A stretch of DNA of 64,000 bases from assembly GCA_963704655.1 (NCBI GenBank), contig OY969927.1, forward strand, positions 960,001 to 1,024,000. The letters run 5' to 3'. Below are positions 1 through 9,993 of this stretch, piece after piece. Position numbers and translations under genes: made by a program. Within the stretch, counting starts at the first letter, position 1, and each line of letters opens with the position of its first letter. The stretch is from an uncultured Candidatus Babeliaceae bacterium. Lineage in GTDB: Bacteria; Babelota; Babeliae; Babelales; Babelaceae. The notes under the pieces are model-generated. The model saw only the letters and a program-made list of their open reading frames with translations, ran no database searches and was not told the DNA's origin.

Positions 1-656
1 TCTTTAATGCACCAAAAATCCGTGCCCGCATTGAACAAATTCCTCATGAAGAAGCTTGGAAACGGCAGTGCCAAGAGGCTGAAAAACAAGTTTATAACGA
101 GTACCAAGAATATGCGCGCACGGGCAATAAGCAAGTAATTGTAAATGAAATGATCTGTATGAAACCTGCAGTTCCGTGGATGTTAGGCTATCCGCATTAT
201 TTTATCTATGACTGGATCATAGAAGTATGCAAAACAACGTTTGATTTATATTCTTACCAGCTTGTTACATTGCATAACAACTGCTTTAAATGGGACCCAC
301 TTGTCGAATATCTAGACGATAAGCTTGCAGACACACTCTATAAAAAAGAGTTGCCATTACCAATGCGTATACTTGCTTATTTAGAGCTATTTTTTGAAAT
401 ACTTTTATGGATTGGAATATTTTCAGGATTATTCATGCTGTTTAATAAAAAATTTCGGGAACAATTTTTTACGTTATGGATACCCTGTGGGATTATGATG
501 GGTGCAGTTTTGTGTCAAACAGGCGGTTTTGGTTATGCTCGCTTACGATTACCCATTGAACCTTTAATTATTCTTCTGGGTCTAGTATTCTGGTTATATG
601 TCTATACTAACAAGAGCAAAAATAATGGAAAAACTTTACGCACCATGGCGCAGTAA
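1..656 (+). CDS. 3' part of a multi-pass membrane protein, possibly a GT-C/ArnT-like glycosyltransferase (5' end likely outside the window)
   Basis: Hydrophobic C-terminal helices with GYARLRLPIEP, resembling the R-x-x-x-P motif of GT-C folds; the frame appears to be open upstream of the listed ATG at 150. Confidence 0.4.
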   Translation, partial: FNAPKIRARIEQIPHEEAWKRQCQEAEKQVYNEYQEYARTGNKQVIVNEMICMKPAVPWMLGYPHYFIYDWIIEVCKTTFDLYSYQLVTLHNNCFKWDPLVEYLDDKLADTLYKKELPLPMRILAYLELFFEILLWIGIFSGLFMLFNKKFREQFFTLWIPCGIMMGAVLCQTGGFGYARLRLPIEPLIILLGLVFWLYVYTNKSKNNGKTLRTMAQ

Positions 657-1110
657 CTACGTAATATCACATAACAATGGTTCAGAATGTCCGTTGTGCC
701 TGTCAAAATCACAAGAAGATGATGAAAAACGATATATCATTAAACGTTATGAGCATGTTTTTGTGATACTAAATTTATACCCTTATAATGCAGGGCATCT
801 CATGGTGGTCCCGTTTGAGCATAAAGGAACGCTGGGTGAACTTTCTCCAGAAACACGTGCTGAATTAATTGAAGTAACTGCTCTCAGTGAAAAAGTTCTT
901 AAAGAAGAGTTGCATGCAGATGGGCTCAATATTGGATTGAACTTGGGTGGCAAATCTGCAGGCGGAACCATACCCGAACATTTACATTTACATGTACTGC
1001 CACGTTTTTATGGGGATACTAACTTTTTACCGTTACTTTCCAATACCAAACAGATCGCTCTTGATTTAAACGTTGTTTACAAAAAGCTTAAAGATGCTTT
1101 TTATAAATAA
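625..1110 (+). CDS. HIT family hydrolase (Ap4A hydrolase/phosphorylase type)
   Basis: MEKLYAPWR start, CPLC, NLYPYNAGHLMVVP and the HLHLH histidine triad. Confidence 0.92.
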   Translation: MEKLYAPWRSNYVISHNNGSECPLCLSKSQEDDEKRYIIKRYEHVFVILNLYPYNAGHLMVVPFEHKGTLGELSPETRAELIEVTALSEKVLKEELHADGLNIGLNLGGKSAGGTIPEHLHLHVLPRFYGDTNFLPLLSNTKQIALDLNVVYKKLKDAFYK

Positions 1111-1112
1111 TA

Positions 1113-2123
1113 TTATGCTAAATAAACGATTCCAGCGCAGCCTATCAACATTATCACATAGAGGCTTACAATAATGACCTTTTTAGTCGATGCAGGGTAG
1201 TTAAGGGCCCACGAGACAGATAAAAAGGTTAAAAGTGACAATAATAGGTACAAAAAGAAAAGATAATCTGAGATCATGAAATAGCTTACATTTGGCGATA
1301 TTGATTCAATAACAAAACGATAGGCAAATAAGGCAGGAACCCCGGCGGCAGCGATGCTTGGTACGTCTGTGACATGCTCAGAATAACCAAAAGAAAATGA
1401 AAAGAGCGTTAAAAAGAAGATCAAATACATAGGTAAAAAGATGCTCAAAAAGTGCCGCATATCAATAGGATTACAATCCACATAAAAAATAGCCCTGGAT
1501 GAATTCATTTGATGCCTTCCATCAGGCAACGTAACGTCCCGGGCAACATAACCAACCTGCGCATTAACATTTTCCGCCATGCAGTTATTAATCGTCATCC
1601 GTGGCCCCAATACAAAAGCGTGCGGCAAAACGGTAAAACAATATTTTTCAATCGGCAAAGCGCTATTTTTTAAACAAAACCAAAACCTGTGGTCATCTAA
1701 TGGATATTCCTTGTAATTAAAATCCATTTTACTGCGCACTTGTATATCAAAGGTTGCAACTTCAAGTTCACCAAACTGACCATAACTGATTTGACTCTTT
1801 TCTGCCGTTGCCTCTTCAAAGCAAAATTGACCAATCTGTTCACGCGTAACCTTTTTTGGATCGTACGCAAAGGAAATGGTAGCATCGATACTTATATTAT
1901 TTTTTATGATATCGGATTCAACAAAATTATGGATAATAAAGCCGGTATAAATTGGGGTTCCATTTTTATGCAACAATGAATAGGGAGTTACACTCGGAAC
2001 ATTATCATATGATCTAAACGTTATAAAAGGTTTATAAAAAATAGCGATTAAAAAAAACGACGCTATAGAAAAGGCAGCAGCTTGAAAAATTGCACTTACA
2101 TGATTTTTACTTTTTGCGACCAT
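1113..2123 (-). CDS. Prokaryotic pentameric ligand-gated ion channel (Pro-loop, GLIC/ELIC-like) subunit B
   Basis: N-terminal TM; beta-rich domain with Pro-loop EYPLDDH; M1 with Pro (IFLPMYLIFFLTLFSF), M2 (LFAYRFVIESISP), M3 (YFMISDYLFF) and M4; ATG at 2123 overlaps the upstream TGA and follows AGGAGG. Confidence 0.75.
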   Translation of the reverse strand: MVAKSKNHVSAIFQAAAFSIASFFLIAIFYKPFITFRSYDNVPSVTPYSLLHKNGTPIYTGFIIHNFVESDIIKNNISIDATISFAYDPKKVTREQIGQFCFEEATAEKSQISYGQFGELEVATFDIQVRSKMDFNYKEYPLDDHRFWFCLKNSALPIEKYCFTVLPHAFVLGPRMTINNCMAENVNAQVGYVARDVTLPDGRHQMNSSRAIFYVDCNPIDMRHFLSIFLPMYLIFFLTLFSFSFGYSEHVTDVPSIAAAGVPALFAYRFVIESISPNVSYFMISDYLFFLYLLLSLLTFLSVSWALNYPASTKKVIIVSLYVIMLIGCAGIVYLA

Positions 2124-4351
2124 CACAGCACCTCCTGCCATTCACTGCCGTCTTGCAAGTCTAGCCATACACGTTTACTAATTTGACGATCTTGCGGATC
2201 AAAGGTAAGTGTTAATCCTTTAAAATTGTAATCTTTTAGCGCTTCAAATTTCTCTATTAAGGCAGTATGGGTAATTGCTCCTGTAACACGTTTCATCATA
2301 TCGCATAAAATGCTGGTACATATATACGCAAGTAAGCTGAACATACCATAACGTTTGCCTTGGTCGTCCATTAAAGATCGATATTCCTGCACAATAGGTA
2401 ACATACTCTTATACGGGTCTGGCGTCACACGCGTAAAAATACAAGAAAGACCCATTTCATTTTTTACAAATGAGGTAAACACATCATCGCCTACAAAAGC
2501 CAGAGCAAAAAGTTGAGTTGATACCAAATTAACCGCACCCACTTGGCGCAAAAACTCCTGCGCAGCAAATGAATTTGAAACAAACCCTAGCGCTTCAGGC
2601 TGCTCATTTTTGATAATTTCACGCTGTTTGTCAAAATTTGTGGTATAAGGCGAATAAGGAATTTCTATACAACGCTCAATGCCCAACTTTTTAAGAATCT
2701 CTTTTGCCTTTTGTAATGCTCCAATGCCATAATCATCATCTTGATAAAAGAACCCGAATGTTTTTAAACGGTACTTTTTAACAAGGAAATTAAGCAGCGC
2801 CTCAAATTCAAGATCATAGCTCGGAGTAAAATTAATAACACCTTTTAAATCAGCTTTCCTGTATTCTGGCGCTCCAATAACAGGGAATGCACTTAAAATA
2901 TTACCCGCTTTAATATCATCGCCTGCAACCTGCAACGCTGTGGTACCAATAGAAAGTAAAAATGTTCGAATATTAAATTCGTTTTCAAGCATTTGAAAAT
3001 TATCATAGGCAATGTGCGGGATATAAAAGTCTTCAAATATAACAGATTTCACAACGTTTCCTGGAACAAGACCTAAAGAATTTGTCTGATTCACTGCAGA
3101 AAAAATGCCCGTGCGTAAACGATCGCCAATTACATAATTAGTTTTTGAAAGGTCTAATGTTGAAGCAATATACATTTTTGGTTTGACCTCAATAACTTTT
3201 TCCTGAGTTTCTATCCCCGTTTCTAAATTAAATTGAGTACGTTTGAATGGTTCTTGTGAATCGGCATCTCGCGAGAAAAGATCTATGATGCTATTGCTCA
3301 ACTGTTGTTTACATTCAATACAAGCAAAAGCATCCTGATTAAAATTATAAGCTTTTTGAAATGCGAACGTTGGCGATGAAAAAACACGCCAAGCGCTTGC
3401 CATCTCATAGGGCTCTAAAAACATAAGCGCCTTCAGTCTTGGAACTTTTACCGTTGGGCCTAAGCCATTTATAAACACACTCACGTGTACTGGTTTAGAT
3501 GTTTTGGTCTTATTATTTAATTGCCATGTATGAATCTCATTCTTTTTTAATTCGGCAAATAAATTTCCAGTACTATTCTCTACAGACTCATGCTCCAGCT
3601 CTTTTAATGCGGTAAACTTTAAAAGGCTATCTGGATTTTCCGCAAAACTCCCATAAAAAGCAAAAGGCATCACCTCAATAAATTCTTTAAATTGAGAAAA
3701 AATCTCATCTCGATATTTTGGGTAAACAGAGTTCACTTGTTGGGCAAATCCTTTATTGCTCCATTCTTCACCCCTTTCAAAATCACTTTCTAAATAAATA
3801 ATATTATCTGGGTTTTTGTTCATTAGCAAAAGAGCCACTAATAATGTCTGTAACGGTTCGGCACTTCGTGCAACCACAGAACCATTAAAAATAATATAAT
3901 AATTTGAATCAATAATTTTTAACTGTTCATCGATTATACCTTGGCGCTTAAGCTCTTGCAGATCACGCACCAATGAATGAAAAGCTCCTTGAATATTACC
4001 AAAGATAATTATTTTTTGTTTGGATGCTAATTGTGTACCCATAATGTAATCACCAATGCGCCCACGGGATTTTTGCACTTCAATGACACTTCTCAAGATA
4101 TGAACAAAATCCTGAATAGGAAACGGGTCCTTTGCTATACCAAAAAATTGTAATATCATGGAAAAAATATTTGGACGCTGTGATGCAAAATATGAAGTAA
4201 AAGATGGGTTGTAATAATCTTTATTATCTGGAGCGATATTGCCCGTATATTTTTTAGTTAAAGCCATAAGGTCTGAAAGCGTATATTCGTGGCCGCAATA
4301 CAAAGGGACTGAAAAAACAAAAACGACATATAGTAATGTTTTAGACGCCAT
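2123..4351 (-). CDS. Secreted fusion of an N-terminal degenerate PPP/metallophosphoesterase-like domain and a C-terminal type I (LIV-BP-like) periplasmic binding protein
   Basis: Signal peptide MASKTLLYVV; FGNIQG / FNGSVVARS / YLESDFE occupy the GDxHG / GDxVDRG / LRGNHE positions; C-terminal FYQDDDYGIGAL, EDFYIP and FKGLTLTF match branched-chain amino acid binding proteins. Confidence 0.7.
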   Translation of the reverse strand: MASKTLLYVVFVFSVPLYCGHEYTLSDLMALTKKYTGNIAPDNKDYYNPSFTSYFASQRPNIFSMILQFFGIAKDPFPIQDFVHILRSVIEVQKSRGRIGDYIMGTQLASKQKIIIFGNIQGAFHSLVRDLQELKRQGIIDEQLKIIDSNYYIIFNGSVVARSAEPLQTLLVALLLMNKNPDNIIYLESDFERGEEWSNKGFAQQVNSVYPKYRDEIFSQFKEFIEVMPFAFYGSFAENPDSLLKFTALKELEHESVENSTGNLFAELKKNEIHTWQLNNKTKTSKPVHVSVFINGLGPTVKVPRLKALMFLEPYEMASAWRVFSSPTFAFQKAYNFNQDAFACIECKQQLSNSIIDLFSRDADSQEPFKRTQFNLETGIETQEKVIEVKPKMYIASTLDLSKTNYVIGDRLRTGIFSAVNQTNSLGLVPGNVVKSVIFEDFYIPHIAYDNFQMLENEFNIRTFLLSIGTTALQVAGDDIKAGNILSAFPVIGAPEYRKADLKGVINFTPSYDLEFEALLNFLVKKYRLKTFGFFYQDDDYGIGALQKAKEILKKLGIERCIEIPYSPYTTNFDKQREIIKNEQPEALGFVSNSFAAQEFLRQVGAVNLVSTQLFALAFVGDDVFTSFVKNEMGLSCIFTRVTPDPYKSMLPIVQEYRSLMDDQGKRYGMFSLLAYICTSILCDMMKRVTGAITHTALIEKFEALKDYNFKGLTLTFDPQDRQISKRVWLDLQDGSEWQEVL

Positions 4352-4364
4352 GTTATTTCCTTTT

Positions 4365-5459
4365 TTATAAAACAATATCTACTGCATAAAAAGTGAAGCC
4401 TAATACATACCACGTAATGATACTAAATAAAGTAATCAAGAGTAGATGCACAAAAATAATTAACATTTTTTTAACACGAACTGAAAGATCCACAGAAAAT
4501 ATACTAATTAAAAAAAGTAACCCTGCAATACCAAGAAAAAAAATGAAAAACAAGTCGCTTAACATAAAATAGCCAACTTTTGGTGACATATTTTCAATAA
4601 CAAAGCGATACGCAATAAGCCCAGATAAGCTTGCGCCATTAGCGACCATAATGGAAGAGAAATATTTTTTAGGGTCGTATGAAAAGGCGGTAAGCATAAT
4701 AATAATAAACACCAGCATAGGCAGCATAAGAACAAGGGTATATTTAAGGCCCTCTCGCGCATAAAAAATTGAATATTGCGCCGCCGGATATTCGACGTTC
4801 ATGCGCTCATCTGTGTTTTCAAGTTTATCTTGTAAATATCCTGTAATGGCTTCATGGTAAAACAGTCTCCAGCCATGAGCCTTAACATCTACATTAACCC
4901 TAAAGGCCTCTCTTTCTGCTTCAAATATAACCTCATAAGGAGAAACAGCCTTATTAATCAAAATAAGGGCAAGCATATGGTCATCCATAGGAAAAAAGCT
5001 ATAATCAAGCCCACCGATAAAGTGAACTATTACATCATAATGCACTAAAGTAGATTTACCTACCATGCGCGTTTTAGGCTGGGACACATGTTGAATTTCA
5101 GCATTTTTAAACTCAAAGCGTGAAATGGTATCAAGCGATACCAAAGACGAGTCAAACTCAAACCAAACGGTACCTTCACATATAAAATTGTTAGCAAGAA
5201 TGTCAAACTGGCGAAAATTAGAAAGGTAAAAACCTGTTTTAACTATGATAGGGCTATTGTTTGAAACACTTAATTTTTCTGGCATAATCGGTTGCACCAG
5301 AAAATGATTCTCTAAAGGCTCTGGGTAATCTATTATCGTTTTCATGAGTAAGAAAAGAATGGTGCAGGTGATAGTAATACTCACAAGATGAAAAAGAAAA
5401 CCTATTGAATTTCCACCATCAAGTAAAGGCTGCTCTTCCCTTTGTAAAGTCGGTTCCAT
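4365..5459 (-). CDS. Prokaryotic pentameric ligand-gated ion channel (Pro-loop, GLIC/ELIC-like) subunit A
   Basis: PIIVKTGFYLSNF..D....F.CEG.VW, LDYSFFPMDDH Pro-loop, GWRL, pre-M1 Arg, M1 LVLMLPML, M2 LIAYRFVIENMSPKVGY, M3 LSDLFF and M4. Confidence 0.82.
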   Translation of the reverse strand: MEPTLQREEQPLLDGGNSIGFLFHLVSITITCTILFLLMKTIIDYPEPLENHFLVQPIMPEKLSVSNNSPIIVKTGFYLSNFRQFDILANNFICEGTVWFEFDSSLVSLDTISRFEFKNAEIQHVSQPKTRMVGKSTLVHYDVIVHFIGGLDYSFFPMDDHMLALILINKAVSPYEVIFEAEREAFRVNVDVKAHGWRLFYHEAITGYLQDKLENTDERMNVEYPAAQYSIFYAREGLKYTLVLMLPMLVFIIIMLTAFSYDPKKYFSSIMVANGASLSGLIAYRFVIENMSPKVGYFMLSDLFFIFFLGIAGLLFLISIFSVDLSVRVKKMLIIFVHLLLITLFSIITWYVLGFTFYAVDIVL

Positions 5460-5639
5460 ACTAAAACTCCTTTAATAAATACGTCTTTATAAAGATAGCC
5501 CTTTTAAAAAAAGCATGTCAATGGTTAACTTCGAACCAGAGCCACCAAATAAAGCCTATTTGATATTTATTACAGATATGATATTATTATTAATATAATT
5601 AAATAATTAAATTAAATCTATTAAAGAAAAGGTATTTAT

Positions 5640-6053
5640 ATGAAGAAACTTATATTAGCAGCTGCATTTGCAGCGACTTTGTCTCTTTGTGCTATGAATG
5701 ACAGTAGTGTTAACAGTAACCTTGAGTTACTCATACCTAAAGGTCAAACCTCTGATTCTAGCAGCTTTATCACTGTTGACATGGGAACAAAAATAGACCC
5801 TATTAACTTCGAATTACAAGAAACACGTAAATTTCATACAAGAACCCTTGCAACTCAAATTGCTGGCGTTTTAATAGCAACTACAGGCTATGGAATAGCA
5901 TTTGTTGCAGAATCAACAGAAGTAAAGGTTATAGGCGGGGCACTTACATTCGCACCCCCACTTATAGGCTCTTTGAATAAAACTTATGAATTATATTGCC
6001 ATAACGAAGCTATCAAAAGATATCAGCAAAGAAAAGCTGACGAAAACGTTTAA
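5640..6053 (+). CDS. Hypothetical secreted/membrane protein with a C-terminal hydrophobic hairpin
   Basis: MKK-type signal peptide and two hydrophobic segments. Confidence 0.6.
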   Translation: MKKLILAAAFAATLSLCAMNDSSVNSNLELLIPKGQTSDSSSFITVDMGTKIDPINFELQETRKFHTRTLATQIAGVLIATTGYGIAFVAESTEVKVIGGALTFAPPLIGSLNKTYELYCHNEAIKRYQQRKADENV

Positions 6054-6072
6054 TGTATTAAAGATAATTGTT

Positions 6073-6118
6073 TTCATAAAATAAGGGGTGTTTGTAAAAA
6101 CACCCCTTATTTTATGAA
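6073..6118. terminator. Bidirectional intrinsic terminator
   Basis: Long inverted repeat ttcataaaataaggggtgttt...aaacaccccttattttatgaa between convergent genes. Confidence 0.8.
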
Positions 6119-6504
6119 GCTTTTAAAACTAATTTTTGATTTTTAATGTCTTGGCCTTCATATTCAACAGAAATCTTATTTTTACAAATACTTTCCTGTT
6201 TACCAACAGCACCAGTCGATTTACTTTTAATTTCAATCCAGTCAATACAGTCGCCTGGTGTCACAATTTTTGCACTATTTGAAGGTGACGTTACTGGAGA
6301 CAGATACAACGAGCCCTCTTTTCCTGTTAGAACGTCATAAGCACTTCCACCACCGCTCTGCCATTTGAGGTCCATGGGCTCCTGCGTATTATTTGTCACT
6401 ATATACGTCGCTATACGTGAGAAAACGTCTTCCTGCTTGGGGTTTAGCTCTGCCGAACACGTAAAAAACCCTGTTAAGGTGATCATATAAAAAAACTTCT
6501 TCAT
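6112..6504 (-). CDS. Hypothetical small secreted beta-rich protein
   Basis: Signal peptide, IVTNNT motif and a Cys pair; similar to its neighbour. Confidence 0.6.
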   Translation of the reverse strand: MKKFFYMITLTGFFTCSAELNPKQEDVFSRIATYIVTNNTQEPMDLKWQSGGGSAYDVLTGKEGSLYLSPVTSPSNSAKIVTPGDCIDWIEIKSKSTGAVGKQESICKNKISVEYEGQDIKNQKLVLKAS

Positions 6505-6893
6505 AAAGACTCCCTCACAATACTATTTTTAACTTCAATATCAAGTTTCTTACTCTCTTCAAACCAATTTTTTGCATTTTTTAATGTAATAATAATAGCG
6601 GAATCTTTACAGAAAGGTCTTGATCTAGCTTTATAGCGACCATCAACTGTCTGAACATACAAAATATGCACACAATTTTCATCATACGTTTCTATGCAAG
6701 CAGCACAAACTTTACCAGGCTGCAATACAAATTTCCCACTGCGAGCTTCTGGGCCCAAGCCATTACTTTTCCATAAAATCTGTAACGGAAACTCCGTGTT
6801 ATTTACAATTTGAAAATCTTTAGCCTGCATATTTGCAATAAGAAAAAAACTTGCCCCCAGAGACAAGACTAATCTATTAATAATTTTATTCAT
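6501..6893 (-). CDS. Hypothetical small secreted beta-rich protein
   Basis: Signal peptide, IVNNT motif and Cys residues; ATGA overlap with the next gene. Confidence 0.6.
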   Translation of the reverse strand: MNKIINRLVLSLGASFFLIANMQAKDFQIVNNTEFPLQILWKSNGLGPEARSGKFVLQPGKVCAACIETYDENCVHILYVQTVDGRYKARSRPFCKDSAIIITLKNAKNWFEESKKLDIEVKNSIVRESL

Positions 6894-7062
6894 GGTATCG
6901 CCCCTTTGAATACTTAAATTTGTCCCTACCGTAATTATTACATATTTAATTTCAAGTTTGCAATAATTAAATTAAAAGTAGAATTAATATCAGAAGCGGC
7001 TATTACGTTTTTATTGATTTGCGATATTCTTAAATCTATAGAATATTTATTGTAGGTGATTT

Positions 7063-9660
7063 ATGAATTCATTAGAAATACGTCAAAAATTTTTCAATTA
7101 CTTTAAAAAACAACAGCATACGCAGGTTCCAAGCTCAAGCCTGATACCCGCCCAGGACCCAACGCTACTTTTTGCCAATGCGGGGATGAACCAATTTAAA
7201 GATGTCTTTCTTGGTCTGGAAAAGCGATCTTATACCCGCGCAGTAAGTATACAGAAATGTATCCGCGCCGGCGGAAAGCATAATGACCTTGATAATGTCG
7301 GATTTACCAAGCGCCACCTGACTTTTTTTGAAATGATGGGAAACTTCTCTTTTGGCGATTATTTTAAAAAAGAGGCAATTCAGTTTGCCTGGGACTTTTT
7401 AACCAAAGAAATCAATCTCAATCCAAAGCTTTTATACGCAAGCGTATATAAATTAGATGATGAAGCTTACAATATTTGGCATAAAACCATAGGCTTGCCA
7501 GAAAATCGCATTGTTAGATTAGGCGAAGCTGACAACTTTTGGCAAATGGGTGACACTGGTCCATGCGGCCCATGCACAGAAATTTATATCGACCGCGGGA
7601 CCTCCGGTCTTTGGTCTAGTCAATGCCCTAAACCAGCCGACTGTGCTCCAGGATGTTCATGCGATAGATTTCTAGAAATATGGAACCTTGTATTTATGCA
7701 ATATAACCGCCAACCAGATGGCACGGATTTGCCATTAACACAAACTGGTGTTGATACAGGCATGGGGCTTGAACGCTTGTGCGCAGTTGTTCAAGGCAAA
7801 GATACCGTATACGACACAGATATCTTTTTGCCAATCTTACAAGCAACAGAGCATTTAACAGGCATAACCTATGCAAGTGCGCCTCACACAACTCAGGCTG
7901 CATTCAGAGTGCTCGCTGACCACATACGTTCATCAACTTTTGCTATTGCAGATGGATGCACCCCCGCAAATGACGGTCGTGGATACGTATTACGAAAAAT
8001 TATCCGCCGAGCAGCACTTTTTGCACAAAAACTCAGCAACAAGAATATATTCCCTGAACTTGCTGATGTGGTAGTTAACGAATTTGGCAATTTATACCCT
8101 GAACTTATTGCAGCACGTTCCTTAATTAAGCAACTCTTAACGTCTGAAATTGAAAAATTTTCATTAAATCTTATTAACGGTCAATCAATTCTGAAAAGCT
8201 ACTTTACCCAACAAGCAGCAACTAAAATTATTACTGGCGCACAAGCTTTTAAATTATATGACACCTATGGGTTCCCTTTAGAGCTTACACAGGTAATTGC
8301 TCTTGAACATGGGTTCGCGGTCGATACAAGTGGCTTTAAAACAGCCATGGAACAACAACGAATACAGTCAGGTAAAAAAGTAAGCTTTAAACATGAAATT
8401 GTTATCCCTGATGAACTTCAAACTGAATTCACCGGCTATACCGAATTGGTAACACCAACACGCATTACGGGACTTATTTTTAACAATGAGCTTGTTGCAG
8501 AAGTACCAGAAGGTGAAATTTGTTGGATTATTACTGAAAAATCACCATTATATGTTGAATGTGGCGGCCAAATTAATGACACTGCGCTTATGATGATAGG
8601 CCATCGCCAAGCAGAAGTTACTGATATCAAAAAATTAAATAAATCTATAGCTTTTTCTTGTGTTGCGCCAACTCAGCTTACGATTGACCAGGCAATTACC
8701 ATTTCTGTTAATCAGCAAATTCGTGCTAATACCATGAAAAATCACACAGCAACACATTTATTACAAGCGGCCCTGCAAATAGTGCTTGGAAGTCATATCA
8801 AGCAATCTGGCTCAATTGTAACCCCAGATTATTTACGATTCGATTTTACGCACCATATGCCATTAACGCAAGAAGAAATTATCCGCATAGAAGATATCGT
8901 TAATAACAAAATCATGGAAAACATCACCCTTTCTATCACAAACAGCACGTACAAAGCGGCTGTTGAAGCTGGTGTAATAGCTTTTTTTGGTGAAAAATAT
9001 AATCCAGATAATGTACGCGTTGTGCAAATCCCAGGAATTTCGGCAGAGCTTTGCGGTGGCACGCATGTTCGTGCAACGGGAGACATTGGCAGCTTTAAAA
9101 TAACAGAAAATATCGCACTTTCTGCTGGCAATAGACGCATTGTTGCACTTACTGGCCCAAAAGCCTTAGAACTTTTCCAGCAAGATTTTAGCCTTATCAA
9201 AAAATTATCACAAGAACTCAAGGTTCCAGGTGAACAGCTTGTTAAAACAGTTGAAATACAAAAAAATGATTTACAAGAATCACTACGCGCTATTAAGCAG
9301 CTTAAAAAAGAGCTCTTTATAATTAAGATCCCAACTCTTGTAACCCAAGCAACTACACTTAAAAATGGTAAATTACTTCAAGCAGTTTTACCAGAAGCTT
9401 CGCTTACTGAACTTAAAGAATATGCTGAACTCACGCTTTCAAAAGAGCCTGGCATAATGTTATTAATCAGCAGCGAAAATGGCAAACAGCTTGTATTTTT
9501 AGCTGTCTCTGGAGAAACTCAGTATGATATGAAAACTATAACAGACTGGATGAAGACACAGGGCATTAAAGGCGGCGGAACGCTGAAACATTTTCAAGGC
9601 ACTGCCGACAAACTTCCTACAGAGTTTGTAAAATTATTTACGAACTTTATCAACGCTTAA
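7063..9660 (+). CDS. alaS: Alanine--tRNA ligase
   Basis: DPTLLFANAGMNQFK, HLTFFEMMGNFSFGDYFK, NHTATHLL and ELCGGTHV motifs. Confidence 0.99.
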   Translation: MNSLEIRQKFFNYFKKQQHTQVPSSSLIPAQDPTLLFANAGMNQFKDVFLGLEKRSYTRAVSIQKCIRAGGKHNDLDNVGFTKRHLTFFEMMGNFSFGDYFKKEAIQFAWDFLTKEINLNPKLLYASVYKLDDEAYNIWHKTIGLPENRIVRLGEADNFWQMGDTGPCGPCTEIYIDRGTSGLWSSQCPKPADCAPGCSCDRFLEIWNLVFMQYNRQPDGTDLPLTQTGVDTGMGLERLCAVVQGKDTVYDTDIFLPILQATEHLTGITYASAPHTTQAAFRVLADHIRSSTFAIADGCTPANDGRGYVLRKIIRRAALFAQKLSNKNIFPELADVVVNEFGNLYPELIAARSLIKQLLTSEIEKFSLNLINGQSILKSYFTQQAATKIITGAQAFKLYDTYGFPLELTQVIALEHGFAVDTSGFKTAMEQQRIQSGKKVSFKHEIVIPDELQTEFTGYTELVTPTRITGLIFNNELVAEVPEGEICWIITEKSPLYVECGGQINDTALMMIGHRQAEVTDIKKLNKSIAFSCVAPTQLTIDQAITISVNQQIRANTMKNHTATHLLQAALQIVLGSHIKQSGSIVTPDYLRFDFTHHMPLTQEEIIRIEDIVNNKIMENITLSITNSTYKAAVEAGVIAFFGEKYNPDNVRVVQIPGISAELCGGTHVRATGDIGSFKITENIALSAGNRRIVALTGPKALELFQQDFSLIKKLSQELKVPGEQLVKTVEIQKNDLQESLRAIKQLKKELFIIKIPTLVTQATTLKNGKLLQAVLPEASLTELKEYAELTLSKEPGIMLLISSENGKQLVFLAVSGETQYDMKTITDWMKTQGIKGGGTLKHFQGTADKLPTEFVKLFTNFINA

Positions 9661-9930
9661 ATTGCTTTCTAAATCTTGCAAAATACGACCCACTAGGACC
9701 TTAATTTCTTGAAGTCTTAGTGGGTCATTTTTTTTGGGTTCAGTTTTTTGATTTTTTACCAACTCTGCATGTGCCGCATGAAATTTAAGATATTCTGCTG
9801 ATTGATCAGATTGCTCTGAAGGCGATTCAGGTTCCTGATTTGAATACTTTCGTAATTGTTCTTGAAAACGATCTTTTAAGCCTGAAGAAAAAAGTGTCAG
9901 GCTAAAAAATATAATATACCAATAGCGCAT
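9634..9930 (-). CDS. Hypothetical secreted protein
   Basis: Signal-like N-terminus with a GGGGGG RBS upstream. Confidence 0.5.
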   Translation of the reverse strand: MRYWYIIFFSLTLFSSGLKDRFQEQLRKYSNQEPESPSEQSDQSAEYLKFHAAHAELVKNQKTEPKKNDPLRLQEIKVLVGRILQDLESNLSVDKVRK

Positions 9931-9993
9931 ATATAACCCCCCCAGGTTCTTAACCTTAAGTGTTACAAAGCATGTATGGGAAAGAAAGAGTTT

